Origin: Eledone cirrhosa | Lineage: Eukaryota | Length of the DNA: 64,000 nucleotides | Direction: 5' to 3' | Assembly (NCBI GenBank): GCA_964016885.1 | Contig: OZ024741.1 | Coordinates: 380,246,001-380,310,000, forward strand | Part shown: one piece after another, positions 41,101 to 53,500 of the stretch | Position numbering within the stretch: position 1 is the first letter of the stretch | How the letters are laid out: each line of letters begins with the position of its first letter | Program-made: the position numbers and the translations under genes | Notes under the pieces: generated by a model | Seen by the model: only the letters and a program-made list of their open reading frames with translations | Databases searched by the model: none | Told to the model about the DNA's origin: nothing

Positions 41101-42049
41101 ATTAGCATCAAATTGGGAGCAGAATCCTCTGCATGGCAAATATGTGGCCCGTAGCAAATAAGCTGATGTTGACCAAAAGCACACCCATCAGTGGCCATGT
41201 AGTTCAGGGCTAAAGGCAGAGAGTGAAGGCTTCAGCTTAACTGCCCAAGATCAAAGCTTATTGACTTGTAATTACCAGACCAATGTGATGAGAAACGGAA
41301 TAAACACAAAGTGCCGATTCTGCAATGCTGGGGTTGAAACAGTGGATCACTTAGTATCTCTGTGTAAAGTTTTAGCACCAGTAGAATACAAATATAGACA
41401 TGGCAGAGTTGGCCAATATCTACATTGGGTAATATGTCGGCATTACAAAATCAAAGCTGAAGATAAGAGGTACAATCATAACTCTGAGGCTGTAACTGAA
41501 GGAGAAAAAGTAACAATTCTCTGGGACTTTCGTGTACATACTGACAGGACCATAAAAGCATTTGACCTGACATCATTATAAAAGATCAACATAACAAGGT
41601 GTGTTTGTTGATAGATATGAGCATCCCATGTGATCACAATATCGCGGCAAAAGAATTTGACAAGCTACGAAAATATAATGATCTGCTTATTGAAATGGAA
41701 AAAATGTGGCACCTCAAGGCCGTTACAATACTAATGATGGTGGGAGGACTGGGAATGATCAAGCAAGGAACAGAACAATATTTGCGAATGATTCCTGGTT
41801 TACCCTCTCTGCACGAGGTGCAAAAAATTGTTTTGACTGGTACTGCACACGTATTGAGAAGAGCACTATCTCTGTAAGATTGATATCCCTCCTTGTATTT
41901 ACATATGTATACTGTTATTTTTGTTTTTGTTTTTTAATTATAATCAATGTGCTGTATTAACTGGCTTACCAATGCACACTGTGAATTTATTTGCCCTATG
42001 TGTCAGGAAGACACTCGGCATATATCTCAGAAACAATAATGAAAGAAAA
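38132..42049 (+). mobile_element. R4/Dong family C, near full length, heavily degraded
   Basis: N-terminal KWTREEYKEVIYAYY motif; RT motifs [21 protein letters not shown]; CRFCNAGVETVDHLVSLC; LIDMSIP, KLRKY; TAA tracts on both sides. Confidence 0.93.
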
Positions 42050-42076
42050 TAAATATAACAATAATAATAATAATAA

Positions 42077-42268
42077 TTGTTTCTTATATAGGCACAAGGC
42101 CAGTAATTTTTGGGGGAAGGGAAAGTCGATTAAATCGAGCCCAGTGCGTGACTGGTACTTTATTTTATCGACCCCGTAAGGATGAAAGGCAAAGTTAACC
42201 TCGGCGGGATTTGAACCCACAGTGGCAAGGGCCGTAACTCTGCGTCAATGCATGGCGTCCGACACTCT
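42077..42268 (-). mobile_element. SINE in the (TAA)n tail of family C
   Basis: Core ctggtactttattttatcgaccccgtaaggatgaaaggcaaagttaacctcggcgggatttgaacc. Confidence 0.88.
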
Positions 42269-43339
42269 ATATATGTGCATTGAGCACATTATCCTTTATA
42301 CAGGAAAGTATGTCCTTTTTGGCCACATGCCTGCTCTGATTGAATTCATTGTAGACATAACAATCCCATATTTTTGTATGTCAAGTTCTACATCAGTTAT
42401 GGGTAAACAGCAGCCTGTTTTAATTTCTGAATGGCACAACTGTTGAAAAAGTGTCTTGAATTGTTATGGAAGTGCATATTACCTTATGTGGTCCATTGCG
42501 AAAAATGTTGCCCATACCTGATCTTTATTTTAATGTATTTCCTTTATTTAAAAATGGTAAGGTGATGTTTGGAGCAGATTTAATTGTTATTTCTAACAGT
42601 TCAAGCGACCAGCTAGAATTTCATCTCATAGTCCATATACTATATCATATCTTTGTGTGTGTCTGTGTGTGCGAATGTGTGTGTTTATGCCATTATTGGC
42701 TTATTTGATTTGACTTGTAGTAATCTAAATGACATTTAATAAAACTTGTCTACATTAAGTTGATTTATCAAAATACATTAATCAGAAATATTTTTAATAT
42801 TCATTTAACCTTTTTGTGACTATATTTTAAAAATGAAATGAATGGCTTATCTGTTTTATATCTTTATGAAAATCAAGAATTCATAAAAATTGAGTGCAAA
42901 ATTAAAACTTTTTCCTTCCAGCAGTATAAGCCTCAGTTTCACCAAAGTCTTGTGCATGTAATGTGGAAGACAGAAAGTGGAGAAACTTCTCGTATGTGTG
43001 AGTGTGTGTATGTATATATTTAAATATGTGTGTATGTATGTGAAAAGTCAACTAGGAAAAACAACACACAAAAACAATACAGAACAATGATGGTATATAT
43101 TAGATTTATGCTTGATATAGTAAGAAAAGTATATTTATGTTTCAGATGTGAGTCATTCATTGAAAAATAGAATGAGTAATAGTAAAAATACGAGCATGTT
43201 GTTTTTTTTTCGCCTGAAAAGACTCTGTGTGTCTTTAGTCTCCCATTTTGTACATATATATATATATATCGAATGTAGAAAAGTAACACATGAGTTGATA
43301 TATATAAAAACAAATAGTAGAAAGGAAAAAGATCCTTTC

Positions 43340-44236
43340 AGTAGAAAATGTTGAAGAGATTTTTTTTTCAGGAAGATATCAAAACATTAATTTATTTACA
43401 ATACCGGTTTCAGCATTAAATGCATTGTCAATTGCGGAAATGCAGAATATTGTTAAGTTGCAAATTTGTACAAATAGTGATAATAATAATGAAGAAAATG
43501 AATATATAATGGGGAAGAAAAATTAATTTTCACATACATATTCATTCAGAGAAGAGAGGTCATTTCTCTGTCCATCCTACTCCGCTTATAGTTTCCTTGT
43601 GACAGGTAGTAGGAGAGGGTAGAGGGGAGAGGAGAAGAGGAAGGAGGAGTGTTGGTAGGCTGCTGTGAGAAACCCTTTGAGAAGTGGATACAATTTCTAG
43701 CTGGGATTGGTTTGAAAGGCTGGCTGACCTTAGAGTCGACCGGGTAGGGGTGATTGCTTCTAAAAATATCTATCTTCCTGTCCTAGTACCTGTCACAACC
43801 AAGCTATAAGCAGATTAGGATGGACAGAGAAATGACCTTTCTTCTCTGAATGAACATGTATGTGAAAATTAATTTTCTTCGCCTTTTTATTTTCATTTTC
43901 TTCATTATTATTATTTTGGCAGTACCGGTAGAGAGTTGAACACCATGCTTTGCAGCATAGTTACGGCCCTTTATGATCTGGGTTCAAATCCTGCCGAGGT
44001 AAACTTTGCCTTTCATCCTTACGGGGTCGATAAAATAAAGTACCAGTAATGCACTGGGTAATTGCTGGCCTTGTGCCAAAATTAGAAACAATTATTATTA
44101 TCACTATTTGTAAAAATATGCAACTTAATATTCTGCATATCCACAATTGACAATGCATTTAATGTTGAAACCGGTTTTGTAATTAAATTAATGTGGTGAT
44201 ATCTTACTGAAAAAAATCTCTTCAACATTTTCTACT
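43340..44236. mobile_element. Inverted repeat of about 280 bp per arm (43340-43615 vs 43783-44236), probable Penelope-like pseudo-LTR remnant
   Basis: The arms are diverged reverse complements, each with a degenerate hammerhead-like motif. The right arm is interrupted by a SINE. No coding remnant was recognised. Confidence 0.65.
43916..44090 (+). mobile_element. SINE inserted in a (TTA)n run of the inverted-repeat arm
   Basis: Near-complete SINE flanked by attattattat (43904-43914, 44091-44101). The left arm shows the empty site. Confidence 0.92.
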
Positions 44237-44422
44237 AAATAATTTTTTCCTTTTAACTATTTGTTTATATATCTGTTCACATGCCAACATAAGAGTAAGA
44301 ATGAAGGGTTCATTCTACTGACATGGCTATAAAATTGAGGCTTGTTTGTATAATTGCAAACAAATCGAATGGTATTATTAATATTCGAAAACCTCAGATT
44401 ACATTTATTATACATATATATA

Positions 44423-44500
44423 TAGAGTGTCCCTAAAAATGTATACACACTTTTATTTGACTGCTTTTGAAATGTGTATACTTTGTTTTGGGACATCATG
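44423..44500. mobile_element. Tiny TA-flanked Tc1/mariner-type MITE
   Basis: Imperfect TIRs tagagtgtccctaaaaatgtatacac / gtgtatactttgttttgggacatcatg; related copy at 47084-47162. Confidence 0.7.
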
Positions 44501-44563
44501 TATGTATATATATATATATATGGAGGAAATTATAGTTTACTTGAAGCATTGAGTAGTGAGGTG

Positions 44564-45813
44564 TAAACATTTGGAGTTAGAAGGCCAAAACAATGCAGGT
44601 ATGGATATAGAATATAAATACAAATGCAAAAGATATTGCTGACAATTAGTCTTTTACCTTAAATTTATTTGAATATCCTTTATTTTCGAGATAATATCTC
44701 TTCTTCGGAGGGAAGTAAAGGGGTTAATCCAGTGTTCTAATTAGCTTGCCAAGTAATGCTGACAGGAAATAGTATAGAAATTCCATTCTATTTCTAATGT
44801 CAAAGAGAGAAGGTTAAGTGGATAAAGGGTTGTCTCCCTTTAAAAAGGGTTTGAACATATATGTCTAAGTATGTGTGGGAGAATACGTGAAGGTGTAAGC
44901 ATGCGTGTGTGTGTGTGTGTGTGTGAGTGTGAGAGGATATGTTTATATGCAAATGTGGGGGCTAGATGCTCTATCATGTTAAAACTGGTCTATGTGTGTG
45001 TGCATGTGTGAGAGAATAAGTGAAGGTGTAAGCGTGCGCGTGCATGCGTGTGTGTGTGAGATAGTACGTGGAGGTGTAAGTGTGGGCCTAGGTGCTCTAT
45101 CATGTTAAAAATTGGGTGTTGAGTTTGAGTCTGTTATTGATTGGTGGTAGTGTTTTGTCTATAATTAGTGCTTCTTTAATTCTAAGATTGCCGAGGATTC
45201 TTTCCTTAGTTTCTATCCTAACTATTATGTTTTTGTTGGTGTTTTTGCATTTCACTAGGTGTTTCTTAAATGAGGAAGCATTAGTGTTGAGGTGTTCTTT
45301 TATTCTAATGTGAAGTGGTCTGGTGATGCTACGTATGTAGAAATTGCTGCATTACACCATCACCTATTCTCTCACACACACATACACACACATAGACCAG
45401 TTTTATCATGGTAGAGCATCTAGCCCCCACATTTACATATAAACATATCCTCTCACACACACGCACGCATACGCACGCACACACGCATGCTTACACCTTC
45501 ACGTATTCTCCCACACACACTTAGACATACATGTCCAAACCCCTTTTAAAGGGGGACAACTCTTTATCCACCTAACCTTCACTATTCGACATTAGAAATA
45601 TAATGGAATTTCTATACTAGTTCCTGTCAGCATGACTTGGCAAGTTAATTAGAACACTGGATTAACCCCTTTACTTCCCTCCGAAGAAGAGATATTATCT
45701 TGAAAATTAAGGATATTCAAATAAATTTAAGGTGAAAGCAATATCTTTGGCATTTGTAATTATATTCTATATCCATACCTGCATTGTTTTGGCCTTCTAA
45801 CTCCAAACGTTTA
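44564..45813 (-). mobile_element. Penelope-like element remnant: GIY-YIG C-terminus between inverted pseudo-LTRs of about 450 bp
   Basis: 44564-45020 and 45364-45813 are reverse complements and enclose a GIY-YIG coding fragment. Confidence 0.88.
45100..45351 (-). pseudogene. PLE GIY-YIG endonuclease fragment (83 aa, no start codon, absent from the ORF track)
   Basis: Manual translation: CSNFYIRSITRPLHIRIKEHL...KHLVKC...LRIKEALIIDKTLPPINNR. This matches the YIG..T.R.L..R..EH...E...I....P.IN pattern, with YIG changed to YIR. Confidence 0.85.
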
Positions 45814-47083
45814 TATATATATATATATAATTCAATTTAGGAGAAAAAGATCAAAGATTTTATAGTTCAAATCATTTTATTAATTTCTATGTCTGTTTTG
45901 AAATATCGAAATGTAATTGCAAATATCAATAACAATTTCTAGATTAATTCATTCATTAATAAAATCAACAAACATTGCAATCCCATTTCACAAATCTTCT
46001 CAGGAAATACATGTTAGATTTGGAGAATAAATGTCCCAATTACCAGGCAGACATGTGATAATAAGCAAATTAAAAACATAAACTGAACAGAAATATTAAG
46101 CAAGGCAATGAAAAACAATAATGCTTAGCATTATGCAACATGATTTTAGCAACAAAAATGTATAAGGTGTTGAGGATGATACGTTCACATGCTCTAATTA
46201 CCATTCATGAATGCAAACGTAAGTATATTATATAATTACAGAATGCTAACTTCTCATAGCGTGTTCATTTGAATATGTAACATACGTTTTCAAATACTAC
46301 TTTTAGACTAGACATGATAATCACTATATTAATGTGGTGAAACATTATTTGCAGTATTAAGATTATTCAAAGGATTTGTACTTTGACAAGAGTAAGTCTT
46401 ACTCCTAGTTTTCCAAGAAGTTGTTTTGGTAGAGCTAGATATATTGTCTCATATAAAATTAAACTTAATCAGTTTTTCACAGTTACTAGAGATGGGACAC
46501 CTTAAAGTAGGTGTTGTTGAGACATATATATCATATTTGCCACCCTATGGGATGCACTTTAAGAAAAAAAAAACGATAAAAACCATTACCTGCCTTCAAT
46601 CACCTATGGGAAGCCAAACAGAGGGTGATGACAAACAAGGCTAAACAAATTTAGTTTTTATTACTTATAGAGTAATACAATACAATTTATACAAACAAAA
46701 TTATGTTAAACTTATAGTATAACTTATATAGAAGTTTCTGAAAAAAACTACAATATCATTTAAAATAAATTTATGTAGAAATGTACTAAAATTGTTTTTC
46801 TAAAAATCTCCTTGTAAAGCCAATTATAGGAAGGGACATCAAATAGGACAGAAAATAAGTATATGTATATAAATAAGTTTAAGAGACTGTTTTTTCTCAT
46901 GCAAAAATCATTACCATTAATATATGTTGTAGTAGTCTTTGCGGTAGTCTCTGAAAGCTTCATGTTACTACATGCTCCGTAAGCCTTCTTTACATATGTA
47001 TATGATCTTCTCTATGCTCACAATTGTGTCTATGTTTATTTCTGTAACATAGTACTTTTGTCAAAAAGAGAAGATTGACAATA

Positions 47084-47162
47084 CAGAGTGACCGCAAAAA
47101 TTGTATACCCACTTCAACAACATTCTAATAAATATGTGTATACATTTTGGGGGGACACCCTT
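47084..47162. mobile_element. Tiny Tc1/mariner-type MITE, second copy
   Basis: TA-cagagtgaccgcaaaaattgtatac..gtgtatacattttggggggacaccctt-TA. Confidence 0.65.
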
Positions 47163-47760
47163 TATAAGAAAACAATTGAAAGAAATAATTATGAGGGTCG
47201 GTATGATCAATTGAGTCAAGATAGTGTTCCAGTGAAGCCACAGTCTAATGACTGCATGTAATAAACAAATAAAAGAATATCAAATGTACTAAATGCTAAC
47301 TTGTAAAAAAACGTTTTGCTAATATCTATGAAGTGATTATTTACAAAGTTCATTGAATAAAAAAACCTACTTATAATGAAATTTAATCCTATTTGTATAC
47401 TATATTTTTTATAGTCTAGAGTTAAAAGATATTTTGATGTACTGTTATTATTTTAGTACTACTTTCAGACATGAATATTTAATTTCTAATTGATTTACAA
47501 TTTAGAGGCATTATCAATAATTTTATTAATATAGATGGAAATTTGTTTAATTATTGATGTTTTGCAATATTTTTGCTTTATTTAACAATCATATGACTTG
47601 AAATTATATTATATTATGTTATATTATATTACATGATAATATAAAAATAAAAACAGAAACGGACAAAATGTAAATTTTATTAAATATGTTAGACATTATT
47701 TGAGGTCAAAACCAACCAGGTTGAATAAAAAGAAATAAAAAATATTAATAATAATAATAA

Positions 47761-47978
47761 TTGTTTCTAATTTAGGCCAGCAATTCGAAAATTTGAAGGG
47801 GAGTGTAAAGTTGATTGAATCGACTCCATGCATTACTGGTGCTTTAATTATTGACCCCGTAAGGATGAAAGGCAAAGCTTAACCTTGGCAGGATTTCAAC
47901 TCAGAATGTAAACGGCCCTAACACTATGCTGCAAAGCATTGTGTCTGATGCTCTACTGAAACTACCAATCCACCGCCC
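47761..47978 (-). mobile_element. SINE within (TAA)n
   Basis: Same core and head (ccaatccaccgccc on +); TAA repeats on both sides. Confidence 0.87.
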
Positions 47979-48037
47979 TAATAATAATAATAATAATAAT
48001 TTTAAAAAAAAGAAAAATAATAATAATAATAATAATT

Positions 48038-50523
48038 AGGCGATACGAGTCAGTATAGATAGAACTGCATGTTTGACAACAACCAGAAGATGTTGTTTGG
48101 ACAGCTTGAAGAGAAAGAAAGAGGCAACGACTTGATCCCTGAGGCGCAACAAACTAAGACATTTTGGAGAGGAATATGGGAGCCGGATGTTACACATAAT
48201 GACCAGACAGTGTGGATTGAGACAGTACAAAAGGAGATTAGTGAACAGGCACACCAACAAACTGATTTGAGTATCACAGTTGAAACTGTTAAGGGGCAGG
48301 CCAAGAAACTAACCAACTGGAAATCACCAGGCCCAGATGGGTATTGGATTAAAAATATAACATCCCTCCACCCGAAACTGACAACCATGTTCAATGACTG
48401 CTTGATGTTAGGTGATTTACCAGAGTGGTTGACAAAAGGTACCACAGTCCTGGTAATGAAAGACCGAATCAAGGGAAATGATGTTACCAACTATAGACCT
48501 ATCACATGTCTGTCCGTAATGTGGAAACTGTTGACAAGCATTGTGTCTGAGGAAATCTACCATCACCTCCACACAAACAACTTGTTACGGGACGAAAAGA
48601 AAAGGATGCCGAAAGAACTCCTGTGGTACAAAGGACCAGTTACTTATTGATAAGATGGTAATGAGGAATTGCAAGAGGACACACACTGGTCTTGCCATGG
48701 AATGGATAGACTACAAAAAGGCGTTTGAGATGGTGCCTCATTCTTGGTTCACCAAAAGCCTAGAGATCTTCAAGGTGGCAGATAACATCAGACAGTTGTT
48801 GAGCAAAAGTATGAAGTCCTGGAAAACAGAGTTAACCTCGGGCGGAGAATCCTTGGGAGGCGTGAAGATCAAGAGAGGTATCTTCCAAGGAGAGAGTCTG
48901 TGCCCTTTATTGTTTGTCCTTGCCCTGATGCCCTGATCATTACACTGCGAAAAATGAGAGCAGGATACAAGTTGGGAAAGGGAGAGCTTACCATCAATCA
49001 CCTCCTCTTCATGGACGATCATAAGCTCTTCTGGAAGAGTGAGAAGTAGTTGGATGTGCTTGCTGACACTGTCCGTATTTTCATCAATGATATATGTATG
49101 CAATTTGGTATTAGTAAATGTGGAGTCCTTGTGATGAAGAGGGGTAAATTGAGCAGAAGCAACAGAATCCAGGTACCAACAGGTGAGATGTTAAAGAAAA
49201 TTGCCACTGAAGAAGGATACAAGTATTTGGGTATTCTGGAGGCTGATGACATGAAGAACAAAAAAAATGAAGGAATTGATAAGATCTGAAAACATTCGGA
49301 GAGTAAGAGAGCGTATTAAAGTTACATCTGAACGGTAGGAATGTAATAAGTGCAGTAAATTCCCGAGCTGTGTCTATTATTAGGTACAGTGCGGGAATTC
49401 TGAGATGGAATGTTGCTGAACACAAAGAAATGGATAGGAAGACTAGGAAGCTATTGACTATCTACAACATGTTCCACAAGAGGAGTGATGTCGATAGACT
49501 CTACTTCAGGAGATCTGAAGGTGGAAGAGGTCTTATCAGCATAGAGGACTGTGTTCAGATGGAGAAAAACAACCTACACAAATATGTGGCTGATAGTAAG
49601 GAGCCAATGCTCAGAACTGTACTGAAGAAGGGGACAATAGGCCAGGGGATGTCCAAGGAGGAAATACCATCAAGGAGAAAGAGCAGCCTTCAGGAAAAAT
49701 CCTTTCATAATACCTTCTTTGAGAAAACTGAATTCAGAGATCCACAGACATGGAACTGGTTGAAAAGAGGAGACCTTAAAAAGGCTACAGAAGGAATGTT
49801 AATGGCTGCGCAAGAGCAGGCCCTCAAAACGAAGTGGGTGAAACGCCATATTTACAAGGAGGAGGCTAGTTCACTGTGTAGGATCTGTGGAGAGAGAGAG
49901 GAGACTGTGGCTCACATTGTATCCGAGTGTAAACACCTAGCCCAGACTCACTATAAGGGCTGGAGACATTATGTGATGGGCAGGGTGATCCACTGGCACC
50001 TATGCAAAGTAAACAATTTACCACATTCTGAGAAGTGGTATGAGTATAAGCCAGAGTCAGTGATAGAAAACGATCAGGTCAAGGTGCTGTGGGATTTTAG
50101 GATACAGACGGCCAAGAAACTGGAACACTATAGACCTGACCTGGTGGTTTTGGACAAAGAAAAAATACCGTGTCTGATTGTGGATGTGGCCTGCCCATTT
50201 GACACGAGAGTGCAAGAGAAGGAAAGAGAGAAAATTAACCGATACCAGGACTTAAAGTGGGAGGTAAAAAGGATTTCGAACTGCCATGAAGTCAAAGTGA
50301 TCCCAATTGTCATAGGCGCACTAGGGACTATCTCAAAAAGTTTCCAGGATGCTTAAAGAAAATTGGCCCCTTCACGCTTTTTGGAACGCTTCAAAAGGCA
50401 TGCTTGCTGGGAACAGCAAGAACACTCCGATACGTCCTGAATATCTAAGGCTGCAGGTAGTGGCTTGATATTCATTTCAAGAAACTTTCCAGTTAACTAA
50501 CATCAATGACTGAGATTCAAAGA
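48038..50523 (+). mobile_element. R4/Dong family A copy A4, 5'-truncated and disrupted
   Basis: ORF pieces 48069-48650, 48541-48936, 49050-49289 and 49370-50356. Confidence 0.95.
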
Positions 50524-50555
50524 ATAATCATAATAGTAATAATAATAATAATAAT

Positions 50556-53500
50556 ATGTTTTTTTTATTAACCACAAGGGTTTACATAAAGTAGACATTA
50601 AGGACAGTACAGGACAATACAGGACGGTACAAATGGGCATTTCTGCGTGTAAAAAAAACAGAGGATGAAATAAAATAACAAAGAAAAATTCCCCAATAGG
50701 GGGGAGGCTTCCGAGGGACATTTGTGGAGAAAGCCCATTAAAAGACCACAGTGGCCCTGACCACCAGGGCAAGTGCCTCTCCCAGTTTTCCACCTTTAAT
50801 TTACAGACACATACTCAGAGAAGGCCCATTCATTCGGGACATATTTGCTTCTCTCACCCATCTTTCAACAAAATGCTGGGAAGAGAGCACTTCCCTCTCT
50901 GCCCTGATTTTCCTTTTCAGATGAAATTTGAAAAAGTTAATCAGGGCATCACCGAAGAGGTAAGTGCTCATCTTCAGCCCTTTCAAACGTGTCCACCATA
51001 CTATCTCTTTCGCCATGGCCACCAGACAGATAAAAACTGCCTGCCCTTCCCGGCTAAAGGAAGAGGGTGGGGCAATCCTCACGATGGACTCAGCTGATAG
51101 CTGGATCCGTCCTACACGTGACAGCAGGTGTTCGACATAAACCCACAAGTCAGTAATCCTCGGACACTGGACGAGTGCGTACAGGACGGTTTCGTCGGAC
51201 TGTGGGCATCTCGGACATGCCCCGCTGACGGCACGTCCATGCCTGTCGAGTTTATCCCGAACTGGCAAAGCTCCACGGTAGCACTGCCAGGCCAGGGATT
51301 TCTGGAAGTTGTCCATAGGCCCCGGCCCGAAAGTCCTTCCTAAGAGATTGGTTAGTTGATTTTCGTCGACGCCTAGAATTTCTCCAAGTACGTCGTCGCT
51401 CTTACCCTCCACTAATCCCCTATAGAACGCCAAGGTGGAGTTTCCACCGATCACATTGCCCGATTGGTCGAGGGCTGTGAGCGCCTGAAGACATTCCAGT
51501 CTCCAAGCGCTCCCTCTCGGTCTTCGCTTGACCCAGGACTGCAGCTCCGTCAAGGAGACGAGCTGGGGAAAAACGTGTCTAGCAAATGGCGACCACACCT
51601 GATCACCGTCGAGGAAGAGGTGGAGATGTCGTAGCCTGAGCGCGTGTCTGCGCATCATCAGCCACGGCATGCCCAGCCCTCCACGTAGCGGGTGTTGACA
51701 GCAGATGGACCTCCTGATCATCGGAGCGCGTCCCTTCAATAAGAAGCGAAAGAGCAAACGCTCCAGCGCAGTCAGGCGGGGCTTAGGACAAGGTAGGACG
51801 GTCAGGCGGTAGTAGATGACGGACGCGATGTACGCGTTAGCCACCTCCGCTCGACCTTTCACGGATAGCTTCCTCTCGGCCCATTTCTGGGTGAGAGAAG
51901 CCACCCAGCTCGTCACCTCGTCCCAGTTTTTGTCCGTCTTGAGGTCTGGACCGAACCAGACCCCTAGCAATTTAACCGGTCCGTCCGTCCCGCGCCCAAC
52001 GACGCTGTTGGACGGCATGGACCTGCCTCTCCAGGTGCCGAGCTGCAGGCCCACTGACTTTTCCTGGTTGATCATTGCTCCTGTCACCTCTTCGTATTCT
52101 CTTAGTATAGTGCCGATCGCCTCGATGTGTTTGGCGTTCGACACCACTACGGTGACATCGTCGGCATATGCTGACACGGATCTTCCGCATCCTAGTTCAC
52201 GCAGGACCCCCCCTCAACGTCTCCGGTTTGTGCAATAATGGCTCGAGAGTCAATACGTACAATAGGGACGAGAGGGGACATCCTTGGCGGACCGAGCGCA
52301 TGAAGTTGAACGGTTCCGAAAGGTGACCGTTCCCTCTCACTACAGAGCAGATGTCGCTGTGCATGGCAGCGATCCAGCCTCTGAAGACGGGCCCAAAGCC
52401 AGCCGCCCTCAGGACTGCCGCTAGGTAACGATGGTCGACCCTATCGAAGGCTTTCGACTGATCTAAATTGATCAAAGACCCACCCGTGCCATGTTCCCTA
52501 GCTACCCTCTCTACGATATATCGCATGAGGTGGAGGTTGTCGTGGATGGATCTGTCTGGAATGGCGCATGTCTGTGCCTCTCCCACCAGACCACCAACGA
52601 CAAGCGCCAACCTCTTTGCTAGCACCTTGGCCAAAATCTTGAACTCTGTGTTTAGCAGAGTTATGGGCCTAAAATTATCTATGTTATCCCCCTTGTTCGG
52701 ATCATTTCTCAGCAGCGCCACCGCTCCTCGGCTCACAGAGCTGGGAATTCTCCAGCTGAGCGAAGTGTCGCTGAAAAGCTTCCCACATTTGCCCGGGATC
52801 GAATAGCATGCGCCCGTCGTGGTCCACCAAAGACCGGATCGTGGCTTTGTTGCCACGACGCGCCTCCGCCACTCGGACCCATTGAACGGCTTTCGTCCCC
52901 TCGTGTCTGAGAGCACGCACCCTAGCTCTGACAACGCAGCCTACGTGCTTTTCATTGAAGAATTGGTCAAGGGTCAATTTCGCCGCAATTACGTCGGTCG
53001 CGATGCCTTTGCTAAGCGCCTCGTCTAATTTTCTAACTAATTCTCCCTCTGCTCTATTTTTCTCTATTGCTAAAGTCTTACTACACCTAATGGAATCTAT
53101 TCTAATTGCTCTTTTTGAAGATGGCCCCCGTCAACGCCCGCTTAACTAGTTCGCTAATCCGGTTTCTGTAGGCCTTGCGCGCTGGTAAGGACGCGTTTAG
53201 CTTCCAGTAGCCGGGTCCTCGTCTATGAAGCCTATCTAAGTCAAGCACACAGATCACGAATTTGTGGTCCGTGTAGCCTACTATCTTGAATTGTGGACAG
53301 CTTATACTAGACCTATCTATTTCCCTACAAAATACTCTATCTAGATATGATCTGGATGACCCTATGCGATTTGTCCAAGTCCACATTGGTACATTCGGGA
53401 AATCCATTCGGTACCTGTCAGACAGTTCAAAACGCCTGAGCAGGTTGCTGAGACTCTTGCACCCTCCTTCCCTATCCACTAATCACACACAATCCCAGCG

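Noticed and set aside
46588-46605. Possible 14-nt minus-strand microexon (cccatag|GTGATTGAAGGCAG|gtaat)
   Set aside because: Too short to distinguish from chance without transcript data.
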